A stretch of DNA of 40,000 nt from positions 1 through 40,000 of the forward strand of contig CAZTZO010000007.1 of NCBI GenBank assembly GCA_964618075.1, given 5' to 3'. The notes under the pieces are model-generated. The model was not told where the DNA came from and ran no database searches. It was given only the letters and a program-made list of their open reading frames with translations. Positions 7,219 through 17,512 of this stretch are shown here, one piece after another (positions within the stretch are counted from its first letter, which is position 1; each line of letters starts with the position of its first letter). The stretch is from an uncultured Lachnospiraceae bacterium. GTDB lineage: Bacteria; Bacillota; Clostridia; Eubacteriales; Anaerofustaceae. Both the position numbers and the translations under genes were made by a program.

Positions 7219-8604
7219 TTACGCTTTATTTAACCCTGCAAGAAATCTGCGAGCTTCATCTATTTGTTTTTTGACGCTTTCAGGCGCAGGCCCACCCTCA
7301 ACGTTTCTTCTTTTAACACAGTTGAGTATATCAATGGCTTCATACACGTCGTCTTCAAATTTCTCGTTGAATTTTTTGTATTCACCAATCGACAGAGAAG
7401 ATAAGCTCTTTTTGTTTTTTACGCAGTAGGACACCAGCTCGCCGACAGTCCTGTAAGCGTCACGAAAGGCTTCTCCCTTTTCTACAAGATAATCCGCGCA
7501 ATCCGTAGCGTTCACAAAGCCGCTGTGAGTTGCATATTCCATATTCTCTTTATTGTAGCTTGCAGACTTTATCATAGGTATAAAAGCCGAAAGACACTTT
7601 TTTGCTGTTTCCAGAGAATCAAATATTGCTTCCTTGTCCTCCTGCATATCCTTGTTGTACGCAAGAGGCAAACCTTTCATAACCGTAAGCAAGCCCATAA
7701 GGTTGCCGTATACCCTGCCCGTTTTGGCACGTATCAGCTCAGATGCGTCGGGATTTTTCTTCTGCGGCATTATCGAAGAACCAGTACTGAAATCATCGCT
7801 CAGGGTTATAAAAGAAAACTCGCTTGATGACCACCACACTATTTCCTCGCAGAAGCGTGAGAGATGCTCCATTATCAGGGATAAATCAAAAGCAAGCTCC
7901 AATACAAAATCTCTGTCGCTCACTGCGTCCATGCTGTTCATGCTTATTTCGTTAAAGCCCAGTTCATCACACACGAAATGTCTGTCTATCGGATATGTCG
8001 TCGCAGCAAGCGCTCCCGAACCGAGAGGAAGCACCATGGTACGCTCACGGCACTGTGCAATTCTGTTTATATCTCGCATGAACATCTGCGCATAGGCCAT
8101 AAAATAATGCGCCAATGTGACCGGCTGAGCCCTTTGCAGGTGAGTGTAGCCCGGCATGACCGTATGTAAATGCTCCTGCGACATATCGCAAAGCACGCTT
8201 ACAAGAGATACCAGCTTCTCAGTAAGAAGAGTTTCTTCTTCGGACAAATACATTCGTATATCAAGGCACACCTGATCGTTTCTGCTGCGCGCGGTATGCA
8301 GTCTTTTACCCGCCTTACCTATCCTTTCGGTCAGTTTGGCTTCTATAAAGGAGTGTATATCCTCCGCATTATCGTCTATGGTTAAAGCTCCGCTTTTTAT
8401 TTGCTCGGAAATATTCTCAAGCTCATTTACGATAGCAAGACCATCCGAAGATGATATCACACCGGTTTTCGCCAGCATTTTTGCATGAGCGATGCTTCCT
8501 TTTATATCGCAAAACACCATTTTTTTGTCGTACGCTATTGAAGAATTTATTTCGCTGAGACGCTCGTTCGTATTGCCTGAAAGGCGTCCTGAATATATCT
8601 TCAT
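7219..8604 (-). CDS. argH: Argininosuccinate lyase
   Basis: Carries the fumarate-lyase signature GSSIMPQKKNPD, is 461 aa long, and is adjacent to argG. Confidence 0.95.
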   Translation of the reverse strand: MKIYSGRLSGNTNERLSEINSSIAYDKKMVFCDIKGSIAHAKMLAKTGVISSSDGLAIVNELENISEQIKSGALTIDDNAEDIHSFIEAKLTERIGKAGKRLHTARSRNDQVCLDIRMYLSEEETLLTEKLVSLVSVLCDMSQEHLHTVMPGYTHLQRAQPVTLAHYFMAYAQMFMRDINRIAQCRERTMVLPLGSGALAATTYPIDRHFVCDELGFNEISMNSMDAVSDRDFVLELAFDLSLIMEHLSRFCEEIVWWSSSEFSFITLSDDFSTGSSIMPQKKNPDASELIRAKTGRVYGNLMGLLTVMKGLPLAYNKDMQEDKEAIFDSLETAKKCLSAFIPMIKSASYNKENMEYATHSGFVNATDCADYLVEKGEAFRDAYRTVGELVSYCVKNKKSLSSLSIGEYKKFNEKFEDDVYEAIDILNCVKRRNVEGGPAPESVKKQIDEARRFLAGLNKA

Positions 8605-8617
8605 TTAAAACAGCCTC

Positions 8618-9862
8618 TTATTCGTTATTTTTATTATTCTCATTCATCATTATAGCATGAATTCTGTTCGGCAGACCATATAACGTGATAAAGCCCTGCG
8701 AATCCATCTGGTCATATACGCAGTCCTTGCCAAAGGTCGCATATTCCTCGCTGTAAAGTGAGTATTTGCTCGTCATTCCTGCTCCTATAATATTACCCTT
8801 ATAAAGCACAAGGCTGACATTTCCCGTCATGTTCTTTTGCGTTTCATCAACAAAAGCCGAGAGAGCCTCTCTTAACGGGGTATACCACTGTCCGTTATAA
8901 ACAAGCTCCGCAAATTCAAGAGCTGCGGTCTGCTTAAACTGGAACGTCGCCTTATCAAGGCATATCTGTTCGAGCATATCATGCGCTTTGTATAAAATCG
9001 TTCCGCCCGGAGTTTCGTATACTCCTCTGCTCTTCATTCCCACGAGTCTGTTTTCCACTATATCAACAGTTCCTATGCCGTGCTTTCCGCCGAGAATATT
9101 CAGCTTTTCAATAAGCTCAACTCCTGCGAGTTTTTCGCCGTTAAGAGCGACGGGTATACCCTTTTCGAATGAAATAGTCAGCTTTTCCTCCTTATCGGGA
9201 GCCTTCTGAGGAGATACGCCCATTTCCAGTATAGAGTCGTATTTGGGCATATTTTGCGTTTCCTCAAGGTCCAGCCCCTCATGAGAAAGATGCCAAAGGT
9301 TTTTATCCTTCGAGTAGCTTGTTTCCTTTGTTATTTTAAGAGGTACGTTGTGGCACCTTGCGTATTCAAGCTCTTCGTCACGGCTCTGTATATCCCAAAT
9401 TCTCCACGGCGCTATGACCGGCATGTTCGGCGCAAAAGCCATTATACCAAGCTCAAAACGAACCTGGTCGTTGCCCTTACCGGTGCATCCGTGAGCTATG
9501 GCATCTGCATTCTCTTTTTTAGCAATTTCGACGATTCTCTTCGCTATGAGCGGACGAGCAAAGGACGTGCCCAAAAGATAGTTATTCTCATACCTTGCTC
9601 CCGCCTTAAGCGTAGGAAAGATATAGTCGTTTACGAATTCTTCTTTAAGGTCTTCTACATATATTTTGGAAGCGCCCGCATTGATAGCCTTTTGCTCGAT
9701 ACCCTCAAGCTCGCCTTTTCCCTGTCCTACATCGGCGGCAACTGCTATTATCTCACAATCGTGGTTTTCCTTTAGCCACGGAATGATTACCGACGTATCG
9801 AGTCCTCCTGAATATGCCAGCACTACTTTTTTATATTTTGTGTTCTTATCGTATTTGTTCAT
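8618..9862 (-). CDS. argG: Argininosuccinate synthase
   Basis: Has the N-terminal ATP pyrophosphatase motif [12 protein letters not shown] and later [13 protein letters not shown]. Length is 414 aa. Confidence 0.95.
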   Translation of the reverse strand: MNKYDKNTKYKKVVLAYSGGLDTSVIIPWLKENHDCEIIAVAADVGQGKGELEGIEQKAINAGASKIYVEDLKEEFVNDYIFPTLKAGARYENNYLLGTSFARPLIAKRIVEIAKKENADAIAHGCTGKGNDQVRFELGIMAFAPNMPVIAPWRIWDIQSRDEELEYARCHNVPLKITKETSYSKDKNLWHLSHEGLDLEETQNMPKYDSILEMGVSPQKAPDKEEKLTISFEKGIPVALNGEKLAGVELIEKLNILGGKHGIGTVDIVENRLVGMKSRGVYETPGGTILYKAHDMLEQICLDKATFQFKQTAALEFAELVYNGQWYTPLREALSAFVDETQKNMTGNVSLVLYKGNIIGAGMTSKYSLYSEEYATFGKDCVYDQMDSQGFITLYGLPNRIHAIMMNENNKNNE

Positions 9863-9875
9863 TTTTGACCTCGCA

Positions 9876-9955
9876 ATTATATTTATGCATATTATTGTAT
9901 ATGTTACATCGTAGATTATGGATTGTCAATACATGTATGTATATTTATGCATATT
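9876..9955. promoter_or_regulatory. Putative ArgR operators (ARG-box-like) in the argG / ACT-gene divergent region
   Basis: TGTATATTTATGCA at 9938-9951 fits the TGNAT-W4-ATNCA ARG-box geometry. A weaker copy, ATTATATTTATGCA, is at 9876-9889. A 16-bp direct repeat TATATTTATGCATATT occurs at 9878-9893 and 9940-9955. Confidence 0.45.
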
Positions 9956-10114
9956 TGAAGACTGATTTATTCTTATATTAATATAATACGTCCTCTTGAA
10001 GCAAAAACAATTAATTATATTGCGAAACCTATAAAAATGATATAAAATACATACATCGGATATGCACTTAAAATATAGCATATCATTTATAGCTTACGAA
10101 AGGAAAAAGGTGCT

Positions 10115-10531
10115 ATGGTAAAACAAGTGTCGGTATTTTTAGAGAACAGAGCAGGCAGACTCAACCAGATCCTCAAGATACTCTCAGAGGAAGGAATAAA
10201 TATTTCGTCCCTCTCAATAGCGGATACAGGAGAATACGGTATCGCAAGACTTATAACCGAGGATCATGAAAAGGCGGTAAAGGCGCTTAGCGCAGACGGC
10301 ATGACCGCAACGGAAACTAACGTCCTTGCCATAGAGCTATCCGATACTCCGGGCGCTCTTTACAACGCAACAAAGACGCTCAGTGACAACGACATAAATG
10401 TTGAGTATGCATATTCTGCGATTCCCTCAAAGACAGGAAGGGCTATAATAATAATTCGTGTAGACGATCTTGAAAAAGCAATCGAGGTAGTAAAAAAAGC
10501 AGAAGGCATCACACCGCTCGAAAGCTTATAA
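10115..10531 (+). CDS. ACT domain-containing protein (two tandem ACT-like halves)
   Basis: VSVFLENRAGRLNQILKILSEEGINISSLSIA and then LAIELSDTPGALYNATKTLSDNDINVEYAYS are two beta-alpha-beta-beta-alpha-beta style ACT repeats. An AGGAAAAAGG RBS is present. Confidence 0.75.
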   Translation: MVKQVSVFLENRAGRLNQILKILSEEGINISSLSIADTGEYGIARLITEDHEKAVKALSADGMTATETNVLAIELSDTPGALYNATKTLSDNDINVEYAYSAIPSKTGRAIIIIRVDDLEKAIEVVKKAEGITPLESL

Positions 10532-10582
10532 AACAAACATATTCACGGCAGATAGGCTAAAGAAAGTTAATAATATTAAATA

Positions 10583-10616
10583 TAAAGAACGACCGCATAA
10601 GCGGTCGTTCTTTTAA
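10583..10616. terminator. Bidirectional rho-independent terminator
   Basis: Perfect 13-bp stem AAAGAACGACCGC-ataa-GCGGTCGTTCTTT, followed by T residues on both strands. It lies between two convergent genes. Confidence 0.8.
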
Positions 10617-10639
10617 AGTATTGTTAAGTTTTAAGAAAC

Positions 10640-12028
10640 TTATTTGGCTTCTCTTGCGTCTATTTCAGCCTGATATTCCACTATGTTCTTCTTCGTGATG
10701 TTGTAACCAACGAGTAAGAGGACAACGCCTATAACAAGGCAGATGCCGGGAACTGTGAATATAGCGTTCGTGATACCGTTAAGGATCTTCGGTGTTACAT
10801 CTGCTGCCGCCATGCCGGATTTGAATCCAGATGAACCGAGAGCTATTGATATAACTATTGAACGACCCATGACGCCGACTTTAAGAGGAAGGTTCTGCAG
10901 ACCCATAACCCAACCTGAGGGGTTCTTGCCTGTTTTCCAGTAAGCGTATACAACTGCATCTGCGTACAGAGCGGATACGAGTGAGTAAACTGCGCCGTAA
11001 CCAAACTGTGCTATTGACAGAAGTGTGATTATCGTCCAAACACCTGCTGTTGCGTAGATGAATTTACCGATAAAGAGGCAGATAGCCATAATCGCGTAAA
11101 CGATTATTGTAGCGTTTCTCGGTGAGAACTTGTTGGCTATGTATCTGCTGCAGTATGCTCCGACAACACCAAGGATGTTGGAAAGGAGCAGGTAAGTTGT
11201 CATAGGAGCCATATTCTTGGCTATGTAGGTGAAGTAATATGCTGCCGTTCCGCCTACGACGAATTTGAACAGCCATCTTGCAAGGTCTGCGAAGAGCAGA
11301 ACTACGAGAGGCAGGTTCTGGAAGAGTGCTTTTACGAGGTCGCCGATCTTTGTCTTTTCGACCTGCTGCTCTTTCGGTTTTGCCAATTCTTCAGCACCGG
11401 TCTCTTCATAACCATCAGTTAATTTGAAGTGGATGAAGTAACCTACTGCCATAAGAGCGCCCCATACAAACGCTACGATAGCGTATGCCATTGTCGGTGT
11501 CTTGACTGAGAGTGCTGCTACGAATGCTTTTACCGTATAAGCTACGAGCACGGATGCTAAGTTGTTCCAAGTTCCTCTCATGGATGAAAGGGCAACTCTG
11601 TCTTCCTGCGTATGTGCTACTACCGGTATGATAGCTACGTTTGCAACATAACCGAAGTTCCAGATTACGTGTGAAAGTATGAATGCTACCGTGATAACTA
11701 CGGCTGCGAGAGCATCGCTTCCCACTTTGAAATATGAGAAGAACAGAATGAAAGGTACGATCCAAGGCGTTACGATGTACCATGAACGATAACGGCCCCA
11801 TTTCATAGGCTTAATGCTGTTGATGATAGCACCGTAGAGCCATGATAAGCATGCATCGACAGTACTTGTGATTGTAGAGATAAGACCTGCTGTAACAACA
11901 TTGAACTGTGCTACGTTTGTGAGGAAGAACATGAAATAATATGTTTCAATGTTCGTCATCGTGTTGAACGCAAAGTCCCCGATACCGAAGAAATACTTCA
12001 GGGAAGTTGACAATTCTTTTTTCTGCAT
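10640..12028 (-). CDS. MFS transporter, glycoside-pentoside-hexuronide (GPH):cation symporter family
   Basis: About 12 TM segments, with an N-terminus LKYFFGIGDFAFNTMTNIETYYFMFFLTNV typical of MelB/GPH proteins. The start is set at MQKKEL (12028), which has an AGGAGG RBS. Confidence 0.8.
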   Translation of the reverse strand: MQKKELSTSLKYFFGIGDFAFNTMTNIETYYFMFFLTNVAQFNVVTAGLISTITSTVDACLSWLYGAIINSIKPMKWGRYRSWYIVTPWIVPFILFFSYFKVGSDALAAVVITVAFILSHVIWNFGYVANVAIIPVVAHTQEDRVALSSMRGTWNNLASVLVAYTVKAFVAALSVKTPTMAYAIVAFVWGALMAVGYFIHFKLTDGYEETGAEELAKPKEQQVEKTKIGDLVKALFQNLPLVVLLFADLARWLFKFVVGGTAAYYFTYIAKNMAPMTTYLLLSNILGVVGAYCSRYIANKFSPRNATIIVYAIMAICLFIGKFIYATAGVWTIITLLSIAQFGYGAVYSLVSALYADAVVYAYWKTGKNPSGWVMGLQNLPLKVGVMGRSIVISIALGSSGFKSGMAAADVTPKILNGITNAIFTVPGICLVIGVVLLLVGYNITKKNIVEYQAEIDAREAK

Positions 12029-12369
12029 TGAAGATAATCCTCCTAAAATATTATTTATATAAACGCCGAAACCTTTTCGGCGCATATATCTGCTGTATGT
12101 TTTAGTACACGTCCTTATTTACCGTATCATTATAATAGCATTAATATAAACTGATGTCAATCACAAAAATAAAAAATTGCATTAAAAATAGAAATTACCA
12201 AATATCGTAAAAAATCTTGAATATACTGAATTTAGGGCATTGCCAACATTGATGCACTCTCGATTAATGCATTTAGATTGAACTAAGCCCATTATTCGTA
12301 TCATTATTATTATATATTCCTTAATATCCTCAATAATGCATATTTCGATTGTGCATTGTAAATATTTAT

Positions 12370-12531
12370 TTAAGAAAGCACAAGAGTGTTCAAACAATCG
12401 GACACGGTATACAAAAACGACGCAAGGAGGCTCATTTCATCATTTGTAAGCCCTTCGGACAAAAGCTGCGCTATCACTACAGCCGCCACGTTGATTTCCA
12501 GTCCGTCAAAAACAAAACCCTCGTTATCCAT
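12370..12531 (-). CDS. Small hypothetical protein, 53 aa; not in ORF track
   Basis: My translation is MDNEGFVFDGLEINVAAVVIAQLLSEGLTNDEMSLLASFLYTVSDCLNTLVLS*. A GAGGTGAG RBS lies 3 nt upstream of the ATG. The sequence pattern resembles small clostridial proteins I recall as a DUF family, but that is unverified. Confidence 0.45.
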   Translation of the reverse strand: MDNEGFVFDGLEINVAAVVIAQLLSEGLTNDEMSLLASFLYTVSDCLNTLVLS

Positions 12532-12724
12532 ACTCACCTCTTAATAAACGTACTATGACGTACATACTATATAAATATTCTTAAACGGGGAATTCGGTGA
12601 TATTAATATTTATGTTTTAAATGTCTTGTTATGTGTTATAATAATACAAATTTACTTAAGCATCGGTCATATGCGGTCTTATACACTATTTAAAGGGAAA
12701 ACCGCGAAAGGATTAATTGAAGAG

Positions 12725-13786
12725 ATGAAAGTACTCGTTGTCGGTTCAGGCAGCTGTGAACATTCAATAATAGAGAAGCTAAATAAAAGCGAGCTGTGCG
12801 AAAAAGTATATTGCGCTCCGGGCAACGCCGGCATTGCTCGGAGCGCAACGTGCGTAAATATACCCTCCGCAAACGTTCAGGCTCTTGCGGATTTTGCCGA
12901 AGACAAGCAAATAGCGCTAACCATAACCTGCTCCCATGTTCCGGCTCAGCACAACATATGCGACGTCTTTGCCTCAGAGGGACTAAAAGTATTCTCTCCG
13001 AGCGTTGAAGCGGCGGCTTTTTTTACGAAGGAAGACAAAAAGGAAGCGTTTTATAAAAAATACTCCTTTCCCAGAAATACAGGCAAGAAAACTATCAGAA
13101 GCATATACATTATAGCTTTATGCGATTCTCATACGCTCGTATGTCTTCCCCCATGCAAATTCTATGAAAAGCTCTACGACAACGGCGAAGGGCCTATGAC
13201 AAGCGGTATGGGAGCGTACTCTCCTTACCACTACAAGGACAACAAGCTAAAAACAAAAATAATGAGCTTCATTACCGACGACTTTGCCAAAGCCATAAAG
13301 CGTGAGGGAATACGCTACAAGGGATTGTTAAGCTTTAAGATACTTATAGGCGAGGACGAATTCTTTATAGGCGATATCTCCTCGCATATCCCCGGCATAG
13401 TCATAGCCTCGGCACTGCCCCTTTTGGAAAACGACCTTTTAAAGCTGGTGCTCAGCGCAACCGATGAAACGCTTACTCAAAATATGATAAAGCTTTCTTC
13501 GCGTGCATGCGCCTGTGTAATGATTGCCTCAGGAGGATATCCTCACGAGTACAAAAAAGGCTTCCCGATAACCATGCCGCCTCCCAAATACAACGTGGAG
13601 CTGCTTCACGGAGGAACTATCCTTAAAAACGGCACATACTATACGGACGCAGGTCATGTGCTGACGGTGCGTGCTACGGGCCCTTCGCTCGAAGCTTCAA
13701 GAGAGGCTGCCTATGACAGTATATCCAAGCTCAACTTCAGCGGTATGTATTATCGCAGCGACATAGGGAGAGAATATAAGCAATGA
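12725..13786 (+). CDS. Phosphoribosylamine-glycine ligase (PurD)-like protein, divergent and probably non-catalytic
   Basis: The N-domain MKVLVVGSGSCEHS..VYCAPGNAGIA matches the PurD pattern GxGGREHA..APGN. Central GMGAYSP and the C-domain ASGGYPHEYKKGFPI...HGGT...TDAGHVLTVRATGPSLEASREAAYDSISKLNFSGMYYRSDIG are PurD-like. About 65 aa of the ATP-grasp B-domain are missing. Confidence 0.7.
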   Translation: MKVLVVGSGSCEHSIIEKLNKSELCEKVYCAPGNAGIARSATCVNIPSANVQALADFAEDKQIALTITCSHVPAQHNICDVFASEGLKVFSPSVEAAAFFTKEDKKEAFYKKYSFPRNTGKKTIRSIYIIALCDSHTLVCLPPCKFYEKLYDNGEGPMTSGMGAYSPYHYKDNKLKTKIMSFITDDFAKAIKREGIRYKGLLSFKILIGEDEFFIGDISSHIPGIVIASALPLLENDLLKLVLSATDETLTQNMIKLSSRACACVMIASGGYPHEYKKGFPITMPPPKYNVELLHGGTILKNGTYYTDAGHVLTVRATGPSLEASREAAYDSISKLNFSGMYYRSDIGREYKQ

Positions 13787-14472
13787 AAATGAAACAATTA
13801 AAAGAAATGCTTATACAAAACGACTGTTTGATAAGTGAAAGAATGATAAAGTATTACATTCAAACAGGCCTTATACCTGCGCCCGAATATACCGAAGTCA
13901 ATCAGGCAAACTATTCGCGTCTTATAGCCGTAAGACTTATAAGGATAAACTCTTACAAGGATGTGGGCATGAGCTTTCCCAAAATAAAGGAGCTGTTTTT
14001 AAAGGACGACGAATATATAAAGCAAATTGCCGACAAAAACGGCGTTAACTCTGATGATAAGGCTCTTATTGACGAGATTGCCTCAAAGGAATATATGGAA
14101 TATATCTCATCGTTAAGCGATAAAACAAAATGCTTTTCACGCGACGAGCTTATGAAGAATTCTCACTGCGACGAGCTTGTATTCAGACTGGCGTGCGACA
14201 CGGGAGCGCTTGAAGACAAAAAAGAATATTCACATAACGACATGCTGATACTTATGTGTATATCCGAAATATTCAAATCCCACCTTAACGAGGACAAGAC
14301 CGATACCATAGAAAAGATAAGCGACATTTCAAAGATAAACAACATTTCGGCGCAGCTTGTGAACATATACTTCAAAAACGGCGACAAGGCATGGCTGTAC
14401 CGCATGCTCTGTGAAAATCTGATCGAGGAAAAATCAAGAATAAATGAAAACAAAACAACAGCTGACTCGTAA
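13783..14472 (+). CDS. Hypothetical protein with N-terminal MerR-like HTH (possibly duplicated)
   Basis: [21 protein letters not shown]...[29 protein letters not shown] resembles the MerR HTH plus wing. A second weaker copy is [41 protein letters not shown]. The start overlaps the purD-like stop (ATGA). Confidence 0.5.
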   Translation: MKMKQLKEMLIQNDCLISERMIKYYIQTGLIPAPEYTEVNQANYSRLIAVRLIRINSYKDVGMSFPKIKELFLKDDEYIKQIADKNGVNSDDKALIDEIASKEYMEYISSLSDKTKCFSRDELMKNSHCDELVFRLACDTGALEDKKEYSHNDMLILMCISEIFKSHLNEDKTDTIEKISDISKINNISAQLVNIYFKNGDKAWLYRMLCENLIEEKSRINENKTTADS

Positions 14473-16249
14473 TTTTTGTATAATTGCGCATATAGACCAC
14501 GGCAAATCGACTCTCGCTGACAGGCTCATCGAAATGACCGGTCTTATTCCGAAGCGGGAAATGACCGCGCAGATACTTGACAAGATGGATCTTGAAAGAG
14601 AACGCGGTATCACGATAAAGCTTCAGGCTGTACGTCTTATATATAAGGCGAAGGATAATTGCGAGTATTATTTAAACCTTATAGACACGCCGGGACACGT
14701 TGATTTTACATATGAGGTATCACGCTCTCTTGCTGCCTGCGAGGGCGCCATCCTGATAGTGGACGCAACTCAGGGTATACAGGCGCAAACTCTTGCAAAC
14801 GTGTATCTTGCCATGGATAACGACCTTGAGATAATTCCCGTAATAAACAAGATAGACCTTCCGAGCGCAGACACGCAGATGGCGATTGAAGAAATAGAGG
14901 ATTTTATTGGCCTTCCCGCACAGGACGCGGCTCTTATCAGTGCAAAAGAGGGCATTAACATAGACAGGGTTTTGGAGGATATAGTACAAAAGATACCGCC
15001 TCCTGCCGACAACAGCCAAAAGCCTTTAAGGGCTCTTGTTTTCGATTCTTATTACGACAGCTACCGAGGCGTAATCATAAGCGTGAGGATCGTTGACGGA
15101 AAGGTAGCTTCAGGGGACAAAATACTGTTCATGGCTTCAAACAAAGCCTTTGAGGTCGACGAGGTGGGCGTATTTACGGACGTACTGCTTCCCACAGACG
15201 AGCTTTCAAGCGGCGATGTGGGTTACATAACGGCAAATATCAAAACCGTCGGGGACACGAGAGTCGGCGACACCGTTACTCTGTATTCAAACAGGGCAAG
15301 CGAGGCTCTGCCGGGTTATAAAAAAATAAACCCCATGGTCTACTGCGGCTTATACCCTGCCGACGGAAGCAAATACGAGGATCTGAAGGAATCCCTCTCC
15401 CGATTAAAGCTCAACGACGCTTCGCTTACCTTTGAGGCTGAAACGAGCGCGGCTCTCGGGTTTGGTTTTAGATGCGGTTTTTTGGGACTTTTGCACCTTG
15501 AGGTCACATTGGAGCGACTTGACCGTGAATATGATTTAGACTTGATAACCACTGCGCCGAGCGTCGTTTACAGGGTAATAAAGACAGACGGAACATGCTT
15601 AGAGGTCGACAACCCCACAAACATGCCCGATGCCGGCGTTATAGATTATATGGAGGAGCCCTTCGTCGAAGCAAGCGTAATGGTACCCTCGGAATATGTG
15701 GGAAGCGTAATGAGTCTGTGTCAGAACAGGCGCGGTATTTTTGAAACCATGGAATACACATACGAAAACCGAGTGCTGCTTAAATACGAGCTGCCCTTAA
15801 ACGAAATCATATACGATTTTTTCGATGCTCTGAAATCAAGAACAAAGGGATATGCCTCTTTAGACTACGAGCTGAAGGATTACCGCAGGAGCAATCTTGT
15901 CAAGCTGGATATATACCTAAACGGAGAAATAGTCGACGCTCTGTCGTTTATCGTACACGCTGACAGCGCATATACAAGAGGCAGAAAAATAGCCGAAAAA
16001 CTCAAGGACGAAATACCGAAGCATATGTTTGAAATACCCGTACAGGCAGCCGTCGGAGGCAAAATAATAGCCCGTGAAACTGTAAGAGCTCTCAGAAAAG
16101 ACGTTATTGCCAAGTGCTACGGCGGAGATATTTCAAGGAAAAGAAAGCTTTTGGAGAAGCAAAAGGAAGGCAAGAAGCGCATGAGGCAGATCGGCAAGGT
16201 GCAGGTTCCTCAGGAGGCGTTTATGGCGGTTTTAAAGCTCGATGAATGA
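14444..16249 (+). CDS. lepA: Translation elongation factor 4
   Basis: GTPase motifs [14 protein letters not shown] and NKIDL are present, and the LepA C-terminal domain ends in [15 protein letters not shown]. Length is 601 aa. Confidence 0.95.
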   Translation: MKTKQQLTRNFCIIAHIDHGKSTLADRLIEMTGLIPKREMTAQILDKMDLERERGITIKLQAVRLIYKAKDNCEYYLNLIDTPGHVDFTYEVSRSLAACEGAILIVDATQGIQAQTLANVYLAMDNDLEIIPVINKIDLPSADTQMAIEEIEDFIGLPAQDAALISAKEGINIDRVLEDIVQKIPPPADNSQKPLRALVFDSYYDSYRGVIISVRIVDGKVASGDKILFMASNKAFEVDEVGVFTDVLLPTDELSSGDVGYITANIKTVGDTRVGDTVTLYSNRASEALPGYKKINPMVYCGLYPADGSKYEDLKESLSRLKLNDASLTFEAETSAALGFGFRCGFLGLLHLEVTLERLDREYDLDLITTAPSVVYRVIKTDGTCLEVDNPTNMPDAGVIDYMEEPFVEASVMVPSEYVGSVMSLCQNRRGIFETMEYTYENRVLLKYELPLNEIIYDFFDALKSRTKGYASLDYELKDYRRSNLVKLDIYLNGEIVDALSFIVHADSAYTRGRKIAEKLKDEIPKHMFEIPVQAAVGGKIIARETVRALRKDVIAKCYGGDISRKRKLLEKQKEGKKRMRQIGKVQVPQEAFMAVLKLDE

Positions 16250-17384
16250 CGCACTTAGCATATATATCCATATACCCTACTGTGCTTCAAAATGCAGCTA
16301 CTGCGATTTTTTTTCGCTTGCAGGTTCAGACGACACTATCCAAAATTATTTTGACGCGCTTAAAAAGGAAATAAAACACAGCTACGCATCCCTTGACAAG
16401 CGAGGAATCGACACTATATATATCGGAGGGGGAACTCCCTCGTATGTAAATGAAAAATATATCGCAGATACGCTTGATTGTGTCTGTGACGTTTTTCATT
16501 TGAGCGAAAACTGCGAGATATCCATTGAATCAAACCCAAACTCGCTTTCAAAGCAAAAGTGTATCTCCTACAAGCATAGCGGAGTAAACCGAATAAGTCT
16601 GGGAGTACAGGCAATAAGGAATTCAACTCTTAAAAGGATAGGAAGGATACATACCTTTGAGGATATACAAAAAGCCGTAAGCAATATTAAGGATACCGGC
16701 TTTGATAACTTCAACTTCGATTTGATGGCATCTCTTCCTCTTCAGGGAAAGGACGAATTCACAAAAGCTTTGGAATGGTGTGTATCCTCTAAGCCCTCTC
16801 ACATAAGCGCCTATTCGCTTACTCTGGAAAAGGGCACTAAAATGTACGACGAGTACGAAAGCGGCAAATACACACAAAACGACGATATCGACAGACAGAT
16901 GTACGCGCTTACTAATGAGATACTCAGTAAACACGGCTTTTACAGATACGAAATATCAAACTATGCGCTTAAAGGATATGAGTGCCGCCATAATTTAAAC
17001 TGCTGGAATTTTTCAGACTATATCGGCTTCGGAAGCGCCGCATGCTCCTTTTATAACAACAAACGCATACAAAACGAAAATGATATCATAAGCTATATAA
17101 ATAGAATAAATAACGGTATTTATCTAACCGATTCCTCCCTTATCGAACAAAGTCCTCCAAACGTGCTTTACTCGGAATACATGATGCTGGGCCTAAGAAA
17201 AACCTCCGGTGTAAACATAAAAGATTTCTGTGAACACTTCAATACACCCTTCCCGAAAAAATTTTCCTCTCAGGCAAAGCTCTTTGAGAAAGAGGGGCTG
17301 GTTAGCTGTGAAAACGGCAAAATAGCCTTAAGCGACAGGGGTCTGGATTTTGCTAATTATGTAATGAGAGGTTTTTTTGATTAA
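16242..17384 (+). CDS. hemW: Radical SAM family heme chaperone HemW (HemN-like coproporphyrinogen III oxidase family)
   Basis: Has the CxxxCxxC cluster ([12 protein letters not shown]) and GGGTPS, and occupies the conserved position between lepA and hrcA. Confidence 0.85.
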   Translation: MNDALSIYIHIPYCASKCSYCDFFSLAGSDDTIQNYFDALKKEIKHSYASLDKRGIDTIYIGGGTPSYVNEKYIADTLDCVCDVFHLSENCEISIESNPNSLSKQKCISYKHSGVNRISLGVQAIRNSTLKRIGRIHTFEDIQKAVSNIKDTGFDNFNFDLMASLPLQGKDEFTKALEWCVSSKPSHISAYSLTLEKGTKMYDEYESGKYTQNDDIDRQMYALTNEILSKHGFYRYEISNYALKGYECRHNLNCWNFSDYIGFGSAACSFYNNKRIQNENDIISYINRINNGIYLTDSSLIEQSPPNVLYSEYMMLGLRKTSGVNIKDFCEHFNTPFPKKFSSQAKLFEKEGLVSCENGKIALSDRGLDFANYVMRGFFD

Positions 17385-17430
17385 AACATTATTAATATAG
17401 CCATTTATGTATTTTATTTCGCTAAATCAC

Positions 17431-17459
17431 TTGACAATGACCGCGTATAATGATAAATT
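17431..17459 (+). promoter_or_regulatory. Candidate sigma-A promoter of the hrcA operon
   Basis: TTGACA (17431-17436)-17 nt-TAAATT (17454-17459), ending 10 nt upstream of CIRCE. A better TATAAT at 17446 is only 9 nt from the -35 and was not used. Confidence 0.4.
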
Positions 17460-17468
17460 TATTGCATG

Positions 17469-17495
17469 TTAGCACTCAATACATCAGAGTGCTAA
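17469..17495 (+). promoter_or_regulatory. CIRCE operator (HrcA binding site)
   Basis: Perfect consensus TTAGCACTC-N9-GAGTGCTAA (ttagcactc aatacatca gagtgctaa), immediately upstream of hrcA. Confidence 0.95.
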
Positions 17496-17512
17496 CAAAA
17501 AGGGGTTTTGAT

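Noticed and set aside
12182-12558. Track ORFs 12182..12397 (-) and 12349..12558 (+)
   Set aside because: They have an AT-rich, Ile/Cys/Asn-heavy or basic low-complexity composition and no RBS. The plus ORF is antisense to the better-supported 53-aa minus-strand ORF with a strong RBS.
17431-17451. TTGACA plus perfect TATAAT upstream of hrcA as the promoter
   Set aside because: The spacer between these two hexamers is only 9 nt. TTGACA-17-TAAATT is the geometrically valid pairing and is reported instead, at modest confidence.
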